This document shows positions 6,188 to 14,700 of a stretch of DNA of 32,000 nucleotides, piece by piece (within the stretch, counting starts at the first letter, position 1; each line of letters starts with the position of its first letter). Below the pieces are notes generated by a model, which saw only the letters and a list, made by a program, of their open reading frames with translations, was not told where the DNA came from and did no database searches. The stretch lies in the NCBI RefSeq assembly GCF_013285385.1, contig NZ_CP054213.1:14681-46680 (forward strand). Reading direction: 5' to 3'. The stretch is from Paramixta manurensis. Its GTDB lineage: Bacteria > Pseudomonadota > Gammaproteobacteria > Enterobacterales > Enterobacteriaceae. The translations under genes and the position numbers were made by a program.

Positions 6188-7507
6188 TCACAGCTGACGG
6201 GGAGGAAAAGCGGGCATATCAGCCCCTTCCGGATCGTCTGCAGCATCCCACTGCCACCACCGGCCGGCACCGTACTCACTGTCGTAAAAAGCCGTCTTGA
6301 CCTGCTTACGCTGCAGGTATTCCGGTGTGTTCATCCCGAACACCTCCAGGGGCAGCGCCTCCGTTCCCGGCACGTCGGTCAGCACGAAGTCCGGGAAGAC
6401 ATCCTCCTCACCGTCGTAGCGCAGTGGTTTAATGAACGCGCGCTTTTCCTCCCACAGGCGCGCCTCAACCATGCCCTCATAGCGCGAGTCCAGCGGGATA
6501 TAGCGCGGGCTGACGGTCATCAGCGCCGCATCGATGACCCTGCAGCTGCTGCGCGGTATGTTCCGGCCATCTTTCCGGATAAAAACGGTTTCCGGCGGCT
6601 CGGTTTCGCAGATAACCATCACTCTGGCCCCGCGGCGCCAGTCTGCCATTTCACGTGAAAAGCTCCGGGCAAGGCGCGCCCGGACGTCGTCAGGCAGCGC
6701 CAGCGCCGGAAAACCGGCAAACAGCCCCAGCGGAAGCGTGAACTGCAGCCGCTCAGCGGCCGCGTCATTCCAGGTGGCCAGTTGCGAAATCATAATGAGA
6801 CGGCGGGACGCGCCGCCGGCACCTTTAACGGTCTGACGGTTTTGCGCGACCTGCGGCGAATCCTTCATGGCCATCAGCATCAGGGAGTGCTGCAGTGGTA
6901 CCCGGCCGATACGGATACGCGCGGCCGTTTCGTTTAGCCGCCAGCTTACCCAGCCGGGATAGCGTTTCCTGCGGTCGAAGGCGGGATGCCAGACGTTGAT
7001 GCCGGACTGTTCCCAGAGCAGGTGCAACAGCCCGAGCAGGCGCATCGAGGGCTGCCGGTGCCGCCTGCCCGTCACGCCCCGGGCCGGAGTTATCTCTTGC
7101 CTGGTTTCCGGGGCCTCTTTCTTCTGCAGGCCGGTCGGCAGGCGCACGACCAGATGCCCCCCGGGTGCCGCCTTTACCACGTCGTGCGTGTAAATAGCGG
7201 CCTGCCTTTCATCCGGCCAGACGGAGTAAAAGCGGCATTCCGGTGCGTGTTCGTGGCCGGAATAGGCCCACGACGCGAGCCAGCACTGGTCCGTTTTCTG
7301 TGAAAGGTGCACCTTCAGGCGCCGGCGGTGCGTATCTTCCTCCGGAGGCTGGCACAGGCAGGTCACCACCGTGGTGGTTTTGTTGTCGCGCGCGTGCTTC
7401 AGCCAGCGCTGCCACTGTTCCGGATTATCCGTCCGGAAGTCAGCACCGCACTCACGCGTGCCGCGCTGACCGGCAAACCGGACCGGATACGTTTTCTTTG
7501 TCGCCAT
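6188..7507 (-). CDS. DUF1173-like protein (439 aa) of unknown function
   Basis: The start is taken at ATG 7507 (GGAGGA 8-9 nt upstream; ATG 7513 is too close to the SD). The overall pattern YPVRF.G......W..WL..AR......V.CLC........L.V........CWLA.W...GHEH...C.FY matches my recollection of plasmid/ICE DUF1173 proteins. The C-terminus carries FPDFVLTD-x10-LEVFG....Y..RK..K. Confidence 0.6.
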   Translation of the reverse strand: MATKKTYPVRFAGQRGTRECGADFRTDNPEQWQRWLKHARDNKTTTVVTCLCQPPEEDTHRRRLKVHLSQKTDQCWLASWAYSGHEHAPECRFYSVWPDERQAAIYTHDVVKAAPGGHLVVRLPTGLQKKEAPETRQEITPARGVTGRRHRQPSMRLLGLLHLLWEQSGINVWHPAFDRRKRYPGWVSWRLNETAARIRIGRVPLQHSLMLMAMKDSPQVAQNRQTVKGAGGASRRLIMISQLATWNDAAAERLQFTLPLGLFAGFPALALPDDVRARLARSFSREMADWRRGARVMVICETEPPETVFIRKDGRNIPRSSCRVIDAALMTVSPRYIPLDSRYEGMVEARLWEEKRAFIKPLRYDGEEDVFPDFVLTDVPGTEALPLEVFGMNTPEYLQRKQVKTAFYDSEYGAGRWWQWDAADDPEGADMPAFPPRQL

Positions 7508-7567
7508 GACCATTTCCTCCGGGTTCCACGTCAGGGAAAACAGTGCTGTTTAGTGAAGTAACTGATT

Positions 7568-7596
7568 GTTATATTTAAACATAATAGAAATGCTAA
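7568..7596 (-). promoter_or_regulatory. Candidate sigma70 promoter for the DUF1173-like gene
   Basis: On the minus strand: TTAGCA (-35, 7596-7591), a 17-nt spacer, then TATAAC (-10, 7573-7568). It lies about 60 nt upstream of the start codon in an AT-rich tract. Confidence 0.35.
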
Positions 7597-8000
7597 CGCA
7601 CTCAGAACGGTATATTTTTTAATCTGAACCGGCACTTAATGCACATGACTGCCCACCGGCCAGATTTTTCAGGCGGTCTCCTGCTCACAGGATTAAAATT
7701 CACGTTCATCGCCAGTCTTTTGATGCCGCGAAGCGGCATGAAGGCGCCAGCCGTTGCTGAAGAGAACGCTGATGCCTGCCGGCGCCGTGACCCGGCAAAG
7801 CCGGTTCCGGTCTGAAAGGTTTCACCGATGCCAGCCCCTTCCCTGCTAGGCCAGACCCGCTTAACGCGACTCAGGAGCTTCTGTGCGCCGTCGGAGTGGT
7901 CACGGCGAAGCCGTGGCGTATCTCCGCGTTAGCGGGCCATCAGGGCCGCTTACGGGCGTGTTTACTTAATATGCCGCGACATAACCCAAATCCACACAGA

Positions 8001-8023
8001 ATTTTAGTTACAACACTCATTTA
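8001..8023 (-). promoter_or_regulatory. Tus-binding replication terminator (Ter) site, minus orientation
   Basis: The minus strand reads TAAATGAGTGTTGTAACTAAAAT versus E. coli TerB AATAAGTATGTTGTAACTAAAGT. G6 and the GTTGTAACTAAA core are conserved. An equivalent TTTAGTTACAACAC element sits downstream of oriR in R1/R100. Confidence 0.75.
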
Positions 8024-8126
8024 AAAGCGGCTCTGTTCCCGGCCTCTGGCCGGGGGCGGCGCGGCTTTTCAGTGGGTGAGGCGGGAGCGCACGGGTGAGG
8101 TGTTTACCGGTAAGTTTTTGCGTGGT

Positions 8127-8149
8127 TTCTTGCGTGTTGTAACTAAAGT
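8127..8149 (+). promoter_or_regulatory. Tus-binding replication terminator (Ter) site, plus orientation
   Basis: The plus strand reads TTCTTGCGTGTTGTAACTAAAGT. Positions 9-23 are identical to TerB (TGTTGTAACTAAAGT) and G6 is conserved. It is inverted relative to the 8001-8023 site. Confidence 0.8.
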
Positions 8150-8264
8150 TTTATGGGCCCGCCATGAGGCGGGAGCAACCTCAGCCACGTAGTGGCCGTC
8201 CGAACCGGCGCGGACGTGAGTCCGCTGCGGGGGCGGTCATTCTTCTGCGCCTGTCCACAGGTCA

Positions 8265-8440
8265 GGCGGCGAACAGGTTATTTATTTATAAGAATGTAAT
8301 GACAGATATTTAAAAGAGGTACTGAGCAGGTATTTAAAAGGAATCACGCACCTTGAAAAAACAGCGCCTGGCGGCCTGTAAACAGTACGGGTGTAACCTT
8401 ATGGAAAGGTCCCTTGCAGTTAATTGTGGAAAACTGAATT
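8265..8440 (-). other. IncFII-type vegetative origin oriR (approximate limits)
   Basis: It lies about 165 nt downstream of the repA stop. On the minus strand the order is a DnaA box, then GGTTACA.. and TTTAAA-containing sequence, then an AT-rich tract (TTTTAAATATCTGTCATTACATTCTTATAAATAAATAA), then CCTGTGGACAGG. This order is colinear with my recollection of R1/R100 oriR. Confidence 0.6.
8425..8433 (-). promoter_or_regulatory. DnaA box at the repA-proximal edge of oriR
   Basis: The minus strand reads TTTTCCACA, which fits TTWTNCACA. It is followed by ATTAACTGCAAGGGAC, as in R1 (TTATCCACATTTAACTGCAAGGGAC). Confidence 0.55.
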
Positions 8441-8604
8441 CACCCCGGAAAAACAGGCGAACCGGTATGATTTCCGTCCGGTCTGACGGAAGAGAAAAGC
8501 GGATGAGTATGGGGAGAGAGACTGCGGCGCTCAGATAATAAGCAGAGGTAAATGACGGGCGTGAGTAATCCTCCGGCGCCAGCCGGATTGTTGAAAAAGG
8601 AGGG

Positions 8605-9471
8605 TCAGGTGGTCGCGGGAGCCAGCCGCGTATAGTTGTTGCCGCGCGACATCAGCATGCGCTCTTTCACGCGACGGTCCAGCTCACGCTTCATGGCATC
8701 AAGGCCGCCGGTAAAGCGTCCGCTGGCGTATTCCCGCGTCAGCTGCTGCTTAACCAGCGTCACAATATCCCTGCGGGTTCTCTCCGCGTCCCGCCGCGCA
8801 CGCGCGCGTTTCAGCCCGTGCGACTTGCGCTCCGTCTGGTAGCTGCGGAACCGCTCGCGCACAAACCGCCAGGCTTTTGCTATCAGCTCGTCCATTTCCA
8901 GCGGCATCAGGCCCTGCTTTTTGCGCTGCTGGTTTTCCCATTCCACCCGGCTGCGGCGGGCGGCCACCACGGCCACGTCAGAGACGTCGAGCGCGGAGAA
9001 CAGGGCTGGCGTGAAGGTGATATCTGTCGGGATGTTGCAGCCGATCTGCGGATCATACTCGGTCTGGTAGGTAATCAGCCCCAGCTCAGCCAAAAACTTC
9101 AGCGCCCGCGTGGCGCGGGTGATGGAGAGGTTGCCTTTTTTCGACTCGGTGGCCAGACCGCATTCGATGGCCAGATTGGTGATGGAGCGCTGAATACGGT
9201 TAGCCAGCGGGTCATAGTGGAAACACAGTCCCTGCAGCAGCGCATCAATGGCGCGGCGGCGCAGTAACGGTGGCATACGGTGACGCTTACCCAGCGAACG
9301 AACGAACGCGACGTGGACGGAAAAGTCAAAACGGGACGTGAAGCCTTCGGCTTTCGCCATCAGCTTACGGCAGAACGGCAGGGTCCTCTTCCCTTCACGT
9401 GGCGTGAATTGCGGATTAGGATTTTTTACCTGCCGGTAAAATGATGTGTTTTCAGTAAGTTGTTCAGTCAC
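8605..9471 (-). CDS. repA: IncFII replication initiator RepA (RepA1), 288 aa, GTG start
   Basis: Long blocks are near-identical to R1/R100 RepA: [126 protein letters not shown]. The GTG start overlaps the tap stop. Confidence 0.95.
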   Translation of the reverse strand: MTEQLTENTSFYRQVKNPNPQFTPREGKRTLPFCRKLMAKAEGFTSRFDFSVHVAFVRSLGKRHRMPPLLRRRAIDALLQGLCFHYDPLANRIQRSITNLAIECGLATESKKGNLSITRATRALKFLAELGLITYQTEYDPQIGCNIPTDITFTPALFSALDVSDVAVVAARRSRVEWENQQRKKQGLMPLEMDELIAKAWRFVRERFRSYQTERKSHGLKRARARRDAERTRRDIVTLVKQQLTREYASGRFTGGLDAMKRELDRRVKERMLMSRGNNYTRLAPATT

Positions 9472-9535
9472 GCCTTCCTGCGCTTATGTTGCACAGAAGG
9501 AGTACGCACAGAAGGTATTGCAGTTTTCCGGGCAT
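9464..9535 (-). CDS. tap: repA leader peptide Tap (23 aa), translationally coupled to repA
   Basis: The minus-strand frame ATG 9535 to TGA 9466-9464 encodes [23 protein letters not shown]. Its stop overlaps the repA GTG (CGTGACTGA). The MPGK start and the position match R1 tap. Confidence 0.7.
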   Translation of the reverse strand: MPGKLQYLLCVLLLCNISAGRRD

Positions 9536-9551
9536 GAATCTATACTCCCCG

Positions 9552-9641
9552 CATAGAGCAACAGCTTCTATGCAGATTCAGTGAGCCCCGTTAGTCTTTC
9601 CTCGTCGCCAAACTCTGGAAGATTATCGGGGTTTTCTTTTT
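9552..9641 (+). ncRNA. copA: CopA-type antisense RNA (negative copy-number control), about 90 nt
   Basis: On the plus strand, antisense to the repA leader. The promoter is TTGCAG (9518-9523), 17 nt, TATACT (9541-9546). Stem-loop I is GCATAGA/TCTATGC (9551-9573). A long bulged stem-loop II (9586-9630) has a loop containing CGCCAA, the hexanucleotide conserved in IncFII/IncI/IncB antisense RNAs. It ends in CGGGG plus TTTTCTTTTTT. Confidence 0.75.
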
Positions 9642-9703
9642 TCTGGTCTTCGCTAATCAGCCAACCAGACTCTCTGCCACCTTATGGCGTGGCCCGCCAG
9701 AAT

Positions 9704-9732
9704 GTTTTACGGTTTGCAATCTATCACTTCAA
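9704..9732 (-). promoter_or_regulatory. Candidate PrepA promoter (CopB-repressible position)
   Basis: On the minus strand: TTGAAG (9732-9727), a 17-nt spacer, then TAAAAC (9709-9704). It lies between the copB stop and the copA target region, where R1 has PrepA. Confidence 0.4.
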
Positions 9733-9763
9733 ACGACAGACGACAAGAAAGTAATACCGTTAC

Positions 9764-10018
9764 TTATTTATCGCTCTCATCAAAGGCTTGCTGCAACACG
9801 CGTTCAATATACTCAGCCTGAGTTAAACCTTCTTTCTCGCACTCAATCAGAAGCCTGTCTTTAATCGGATTCCGTACGAAAATCTTGAGTTCTTTATGTG
9901 TAAGCTTTTTTCTGGCCACAGCCGCCTGCTGCTTTTCAGATGCGCTTAAAGGATTGCCTTTACGATACGGGCGTTTAGATCCTGATGAGGTAGTGACTGC
10001 TGTAACTGATTGCGACAT
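9764..10018 (-). CDS. copB: CopB / RepA2 replication repressor (84 aa)
   Basis: The start is at ATG 10018 with GGAGGAGG 5 nt upstream (the ORF-track GTG 10033 lies inside the SD). SEKQQAAVARKKLTHKELKIFVRNPIKD....CEKEGLTQAEYIE matches R1 CopB ([28 protein letters not shown]....CEREGITQAQFVE). Confidence 0.85.
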   Translation of the reverse strand: MSQSVTAVTTSSGSKRPYRKGNPLSASEKQQAAVARKKLTHKELKIFVRNPIKDRLLIECEKEGLTQAEYIERVLQQAFDESDK

Positions 10019-10245
10019 CTCTGCCTCCTCCACTAAATTCAGACTGAATTTCGCAGAGAATACTACAGATTCATGAAATCAGCGACTTAACTTTACGCGA
10101 AAGTGTGAGCCATGTTGGCGCATGGCTCATCGTGCCGGGTGTAAGTTGTCGATCAAATGGCGGCGGAATTAGTATGAAAAATGCCAGCCAAAAAGAGGGA
10201 TTTTCGGGAGAGTCACTATGTCAGGAAACTCGATTATCAGTGGCT

Positions 10246-10617
10246 TCACAGTACCTGCAGATAGTTGCAAGCCTCGCCTGCAATACCATTAATTCTGTCG
10301 CGATATGCACTGGTGCTTGTATAAGCCTTATCTGTCATAAGCTCTTTAAGAAGCGCTACGTACTCATTATTGTCACTTACTATATTTTTTATTTGCCGCT
10401 CAGAGAGTGAAGACCCGCAGTTGGCTTTCGATGAATTATTGATATCTTCAGCCAGCTTTCCCATTTCGGGGGAAACCGTTGTGAGATGTTTAATAAAATT
10501 TTGCGCGCCTGAATCACCAGGAATTCGCTCCGTTTTAACTGATGAGGCAAATGTCAGCCCGCTGAACAACAGACAGCTGGCGGTAATTACAGGAAGAAGG
10601 ATTTTGTTATTTTTCAT
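10246..10617 (-). CDS. Secreted hypothetical protein (123 aa)
   Basis: The Sec signal is MKNNKILLPVITASCLLFSGLTFA|SS. There are two mature-region cysteines. The segment is AT-rich. No family recognised. Confidence 0.55.
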   Translation of the reverse strand: MKNNKILLPVITASCLLFSGLTFASSVKTERIPGDSGAQNFIKHLTTVSPEMGKLAEDINNSSKANCGSSLSERQIKNIVSDNNEYVALLKELMTDKAYTSTSAYRDRINGIAGEACNYLQVL

Positions 10618-10865
10618 ACGATCTCTTAACTGGATTGATTAAAAACCCCGGGAAGGACGTGCCACTGAAGCAAGGTGCGGTGTCAGCGTATTAATGCGGC
10701 TCAGGTTTGCTTTTAACAGGCAACGGTCGGGGCGTTCAGGCTGAGGCGTACCGCAGCGGAGCGAGGAACGAACAGCCTGAGCGAACCGGCCGTTTAAGGG
10801 GTTAAGGTTTTATCGCTGCGCACCCTCAGCCAGACGGTAGCACTGAGGTTGAGGAACAGATTTCA

Positions 10866-10887
10866 CCCGGCGAACCGGGCTTTTTTT
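10866..10887 (+). terminator. Rho-independent terminator oriented for the plus strand (abuts the stop of the minus-strand DsbA-like gene)
   Basis: The stem pairs CCCGG (10866-10870) with CCGGG (10875-10879) around a cgaa loop. It is followed on the plus strand by C plus T7 (10881-10887). On the minus strand the hairpin is followed by GTGAAATCTG, a poor U-tract. Confidence 0.5.
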
Positions 10888-11692
10888 ACTTGCCTGCCGC
10901 CCGGTCAATCGCCTGCTGCATCACGTCAGCGCTGACCACGCCCGGAATGACGGTCGTGTTTTTCGCCGTTGGCCCCTCTGCCGGCATCACGATAATACCG
11001 GGCGTTCCTTCCAGACCCAGCATCTGCGCCAGCGCGTCATTACCGGCGATCAGCTGGTCTGACTGGTCACGCTTACCCGCATCTTCTGCCGCCGCGCCCG
11101 CAGACTTCGCCACTTTTTCGATGTCCGCGCCGGTCAGCTTTCCTTCGTTCTGTGCAACCGGATAGACGTGGTAGATGCCGTTATGGTAGGCCATGTACGC
11201 ATCCGCGCCCTTCTGTCGCCAGATATCCAGGCCCCGCCGGGAAGCCTGCGTGGATTCGGGAAAACGAGAGGCGAAAATGGTCCAGTCGCGAAACGCAAAG
11301 CGCACGTCCGGGTTTCTGGCCATAACCTGCTCCATGTTTGGCGCCATCATGCTGCAGGCGCTGCACTCATAGTCGAAGAACTCGGTCACGATGACTTTCG
11401 CGTTCGCCGGTCCTTTCACCGGCACGCCATCCAGTTGCATCAGCAGCCGGTGTCCGTGCAGTGCAGCGTTAGTCAGTGCGCCTGCTTTCCGCTCCGCCTG
11501 CTGCGCCTGTAGCTTCTGGCTTACTTCAATCAGCACCTCCGGATGCGCCACCAGGTAATCGGCAGCAATCTTTCCAATCCGGGCCTGCTGGGCGGGGGTA
11601 AAGTCTTCGTCGCCGGCCGCAAACGCATTCATTGCGGCAAAGCCGGTGCTGAAGGCCAGTACGAAGGCGCCCACATTGCGAATTTTTTTCAT
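10886..11692 (-). CDS. Periplasmic DsbA-family thiol:disulfide oxidoreductase (268 aa) with an N-terminal extension
   Basis: The signal peptide is MKKIRNVGAFVLAFSTGFAAMNAFA|AG. The thioredoxin-fold active site is FFDYECSACSMM (CxxC = CSAC). A cis-Pro-type block GTPGIIV lies near the C-terminus. An extra region of about 70 aa precedes the Trx domain, as in ScsC/BcfH-like proteins. Confidence 0.8.
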   Translation of the reverse strand: MKKIRNVGAFVLAFSTGFAAMNAFAAGDEDFTPAQQARIGKIAADYLVAHPEVLIEVSQKLQAQQAERKAGALTNAALHGHRLLMQLDGVPVKGPANAKVIVTEFFDYECSACSMMAPNMEQVMARNPDVRFAFRDWTIFASRFPESTQASRRGLDIWRQKGADAYMAYHNGIYHVYPVAQNEGKLTGADIEKVAKSAGAAAEDAGKRDQSDQLIAGNDALAQMLGLEGTPGIIVMPAEGPTAKNTTVIPGVVSADVMQQAIDRAAGK

Positions 11693-11763
11693 AATAGTTT
11701 CCGTTTGCCGGCGAAGGCCGGCGTATCTGAGAATGCCTGACGCTGTTAGCGCAGGCGATAATA

Positions 11764-14700
11764 TTAACGTTCTTTCTGAATGTCTCTGACCCTGTCCGGC
11801 AGCGGCATATCCCGCTCCGGCTCACGTCCGCGGGACGCTTCCGGCAACCGGGGTACGCCCTGCCGCTCAAGCGCCCGCGCGGCGCTGGCCAGCCCCTGCT
11901 CTGAGAGATCCTGCTGCTGTGCTTTTGATGAAAGCCTTTCAGCACGCTGTTCTTCCTGAATCTGCCTCAGCACGGATACCGGAACATCAGAACCGGCCGG
12001 TATCTCAGCAGGCAGACGTACGCCAGCCGGTAGCGGGTTCGCCGACAGCGCACTGACCACCGAATGCAGAACGGCATCGTCAGGCAGGCCGGCATTTTTC
12101 GCCAGGGCATGGGAGGCGAGACGCACCAGGGCAGTATAGTCCGGGACGTTCTCTCCGGGGAGCGAAGGCACCTTCTCCTTCATGGCCTCAGCAATGCGCG
12201 CCGCCATCCGGTCAGAAAGCACCGACCGTTCCTTGTCCGACGAGTCCGGCAGTGTTACAGGCGACTCTGTACCGAGTTTGTTCGCCACCTCCCGTGCGGC
12301 AATGAGCGCGGATTTATTCTCCTGTTCCGGCACATCCGGGGGCAGGATACGTAAAAACGCCTGCAGCTCGGTCTGAACCAGATGAAGCAGCGTGGCATCC
12401 GGTCGCCGGCTCTTGTCCGGCAGACCGCCCGCGACCTTAAGCAACTGCGCTGAAGGCGTTCGGGCCCCCGTCAGCAGCAGGACGCCGGCGTCCGGGTTCG
12501 CGCGCGCGGCGTCAAGGGCCTGAGCCATATCGCTGACAATCACCGTTTCGCCGCTGCGGCTTTTCTGCAAAACAGCCGCCTGCCCGCCCGGCGTCATCAT
12601 ATGCCTGACCTCACCGGCTCTTATCCTGCCGGTTTCCGGCTGCAGCGGCAGCATGGCCAGCCCCGCCGTTTTACCGTTTCCGTCATACACCGGCAGCGCC
12701 AGGTGAGCGTCAGGAAACTTTCTCGTCGGAGGGATAACCCGGGCAGGTACAGCACTGTTCCCGAGTCCCTGTTCACGCAAAAACGTCCGGCCAATCGCCG
12801 TTCTGGCCAGCGGCTGTCCCATTGCCCATATTTGCCGGGCCTGCGCTCTCTCGGGTTCAGGGTGAATGGCATCGTGGGCAGTGACGGGCCCCTTATCCCG
12901 CTCTTTCAGCGTATCCATCCAGTCATTCACGCCATCGGTGACGACCTGAACATGGTCCCGGGCGCGCGAGGCGTTGATATAAAAGGCCCGCATACCACTC
13001 ATGCGTTTACGCGCGCCTTCCGTGCCTTCCAGGACGATGTCGTAGTTTGCGCTGGCGCCCTGACCGCCGTATCCGGTCACCGCCCAGGCATAATCGACGT
13101 GGCGGTCGGCGGTCACGGTGAGCGGATCGATCGTTTTGCTTCCGTCCCGGTTTTTCAGCACGATTTCGCCGTTGTCGCGCAGTTGCTCGACACGGTACTG
13201 CTCGTGGGCTGCGTGTCCGGCCAGCTTCTGCGTTTTGGTCATCCGCACCTGGTCGCCTTCGCGGAGCTCTATCTCCCGGCGGTCAAACACCTCGATTTCG
13301 GTGGCATTCAGCTCCTGCGGCGAGTAGTAATGTATCCGTCCCGCCTCATCCCGCAGCAGTACCCTGTCTCCCCCCTTATCGATGCCGGTAACGCTGAGAT
13401 AGCGATCGTTCGCCTGGACAACCTGACCGGGTTTCCAGTCCTGAATGCGGTTAAAGTCGTGGCGCCCGCCGGTGATGCGCTCAAGTACGGGAATGATTAC
13501 CGCCTTTTGGCCCAGTTCCCGGCTTTCCACCATCGCCCGATGGATGCCACTGTTGACAGCCCGGCGGTCCGCGTTAAGTTGGACCAGTATCATGGTCTGT
13601 TCCCGGGCCGCATCCGTCCGGCTCATATAATCCGCCACAATAAAGCTGACCGGATCTTTCGTTTCAGCCACCGATTTCGCCGGCGCAACCGTCCCCGGCC
13701 TGCGGGGAACGGTCAGCGGTGAAACGCTGCTGATTTTTTCCAGCGCGGCGCCCGCCTTGTTCTCAATCACGCTGTAGACCGCTGATTTCAGGTTTGCATC
13801 GCGCTGACGAACAATTTCCTTCATCACGGCCACATCGATCGGGCTGCGCTCCTGCATCAGCTGGAAGGGCGCGCCGCTTTCAGGTGACTCCAGCTGCGCG
13901 ACGTCGCCAACCGGCACGGCTCGCCCGTCGCCTGCCGTGATGGCCCGGTAGGCCGCGGCGGTATCCTGGTTACCGATCATGGAGGATTCATCGATTAGAA
14001 ACAGGGTCCTGTCATAGCGCACCGTTTCGCCGGCTGCGGTGCGCTGCTGCCAGTCCGTCACGAAAGATTTCAGCGTTTGCGCCTCGATGCCGTTATCGCG
14101 CATCTCCTTTACCGCCCGGTGCGTGGGGGCAAGACCGATAATGACCGGCCTGTCTCCCTCCGGTAACGTGTCGATAGCCGCCTGAACGGCGCGGAACTGC
14201 GTGGTTTTACCGGTTCCCGCATACCCCTGAACCGCCGTAAAACGGTCGGTGCTTTGCAGGATCAGTGAGGTGGCCACCTTCTGTCCCTGCGTCAGGCCGT
14301 CCAGCAGAGCCGGCGCGATATTCGCCATCAGCGGCGTCTGCGTGTTTTTTCCGTCCGTGATGGCCGCAACAATTTCTTTCTCCATCTCCCAGGTGGCGCG
14401 GGCGACAAATCGTGGCTCGCCCTTCACCCTGACCGGGATCAGGTCGCCCTCTTTCACCTGACGGGCCACCTCCAGGCGCAGGGCGCCGACATTACTGATG
14501 AAGCCACCTGCAATATCCAGCAGCTTCGCCTCTGAGAAAGATACGTCCCGCATCTGCGCAATGCTTCGTGTGACGGCTTTCTGTGTGTCCGTCAGCAGTG
14601 CTGCGTTAAGCGTGTTCAGTGCTTCTCCGGCGTCGTCTTTACCGCTGGCCTGCTGTACCAGGGCAAGCGGTGAACGCCCCGTTCGCATCCGGGCGAGTTT

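Noticed and set aside
6534-7561. Cluster of 65-105-aa ORFs on both strands overlapping the DUF1173-like gene
   Set aside because: All are nested in or antisense to the 439-aa ORF, which has a good RBS and promoter. They are GC-rich frame artefacts.
8353-8538. 61-aa plus-strand ORF between repA and the AT-rich tract
   Set aside because: It lies across the oriR DnaA box and RepA-binding region, which is colinear with R1/R100 oriR. It has a non-ATG start, no RBS and a basic low-complexity product.
10108-10131. Perfect 9-bp inverted repeat TGAGCCATG-ttggcg-CATGGCTCA between copB and the secreted-protein gene
   Set aside because: It could be a terminator or a protein-binding site, but it has no U-tract on either strand and no supporting context. 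It is noted but not called.
10105-10642. Plus-strand ORFs of 101 aa and 90 aa
   Set aside because: They are antisense to the signal-peptide-bearing 123-aa gene (10246-10617). They have non-canonical starts and odd composition.
12601-13722. 373-aa plus-strand ORF, along with other plus-strand ORFs at 12064-12376, 13118-13630 and 14249-17400
   Set aside because: It lies entirely antisense to the strongly supported traI CDS. The R/P/G/H-rich translations are typical of the reverse frame of GC-rich genes. There are no RBS or motifs.
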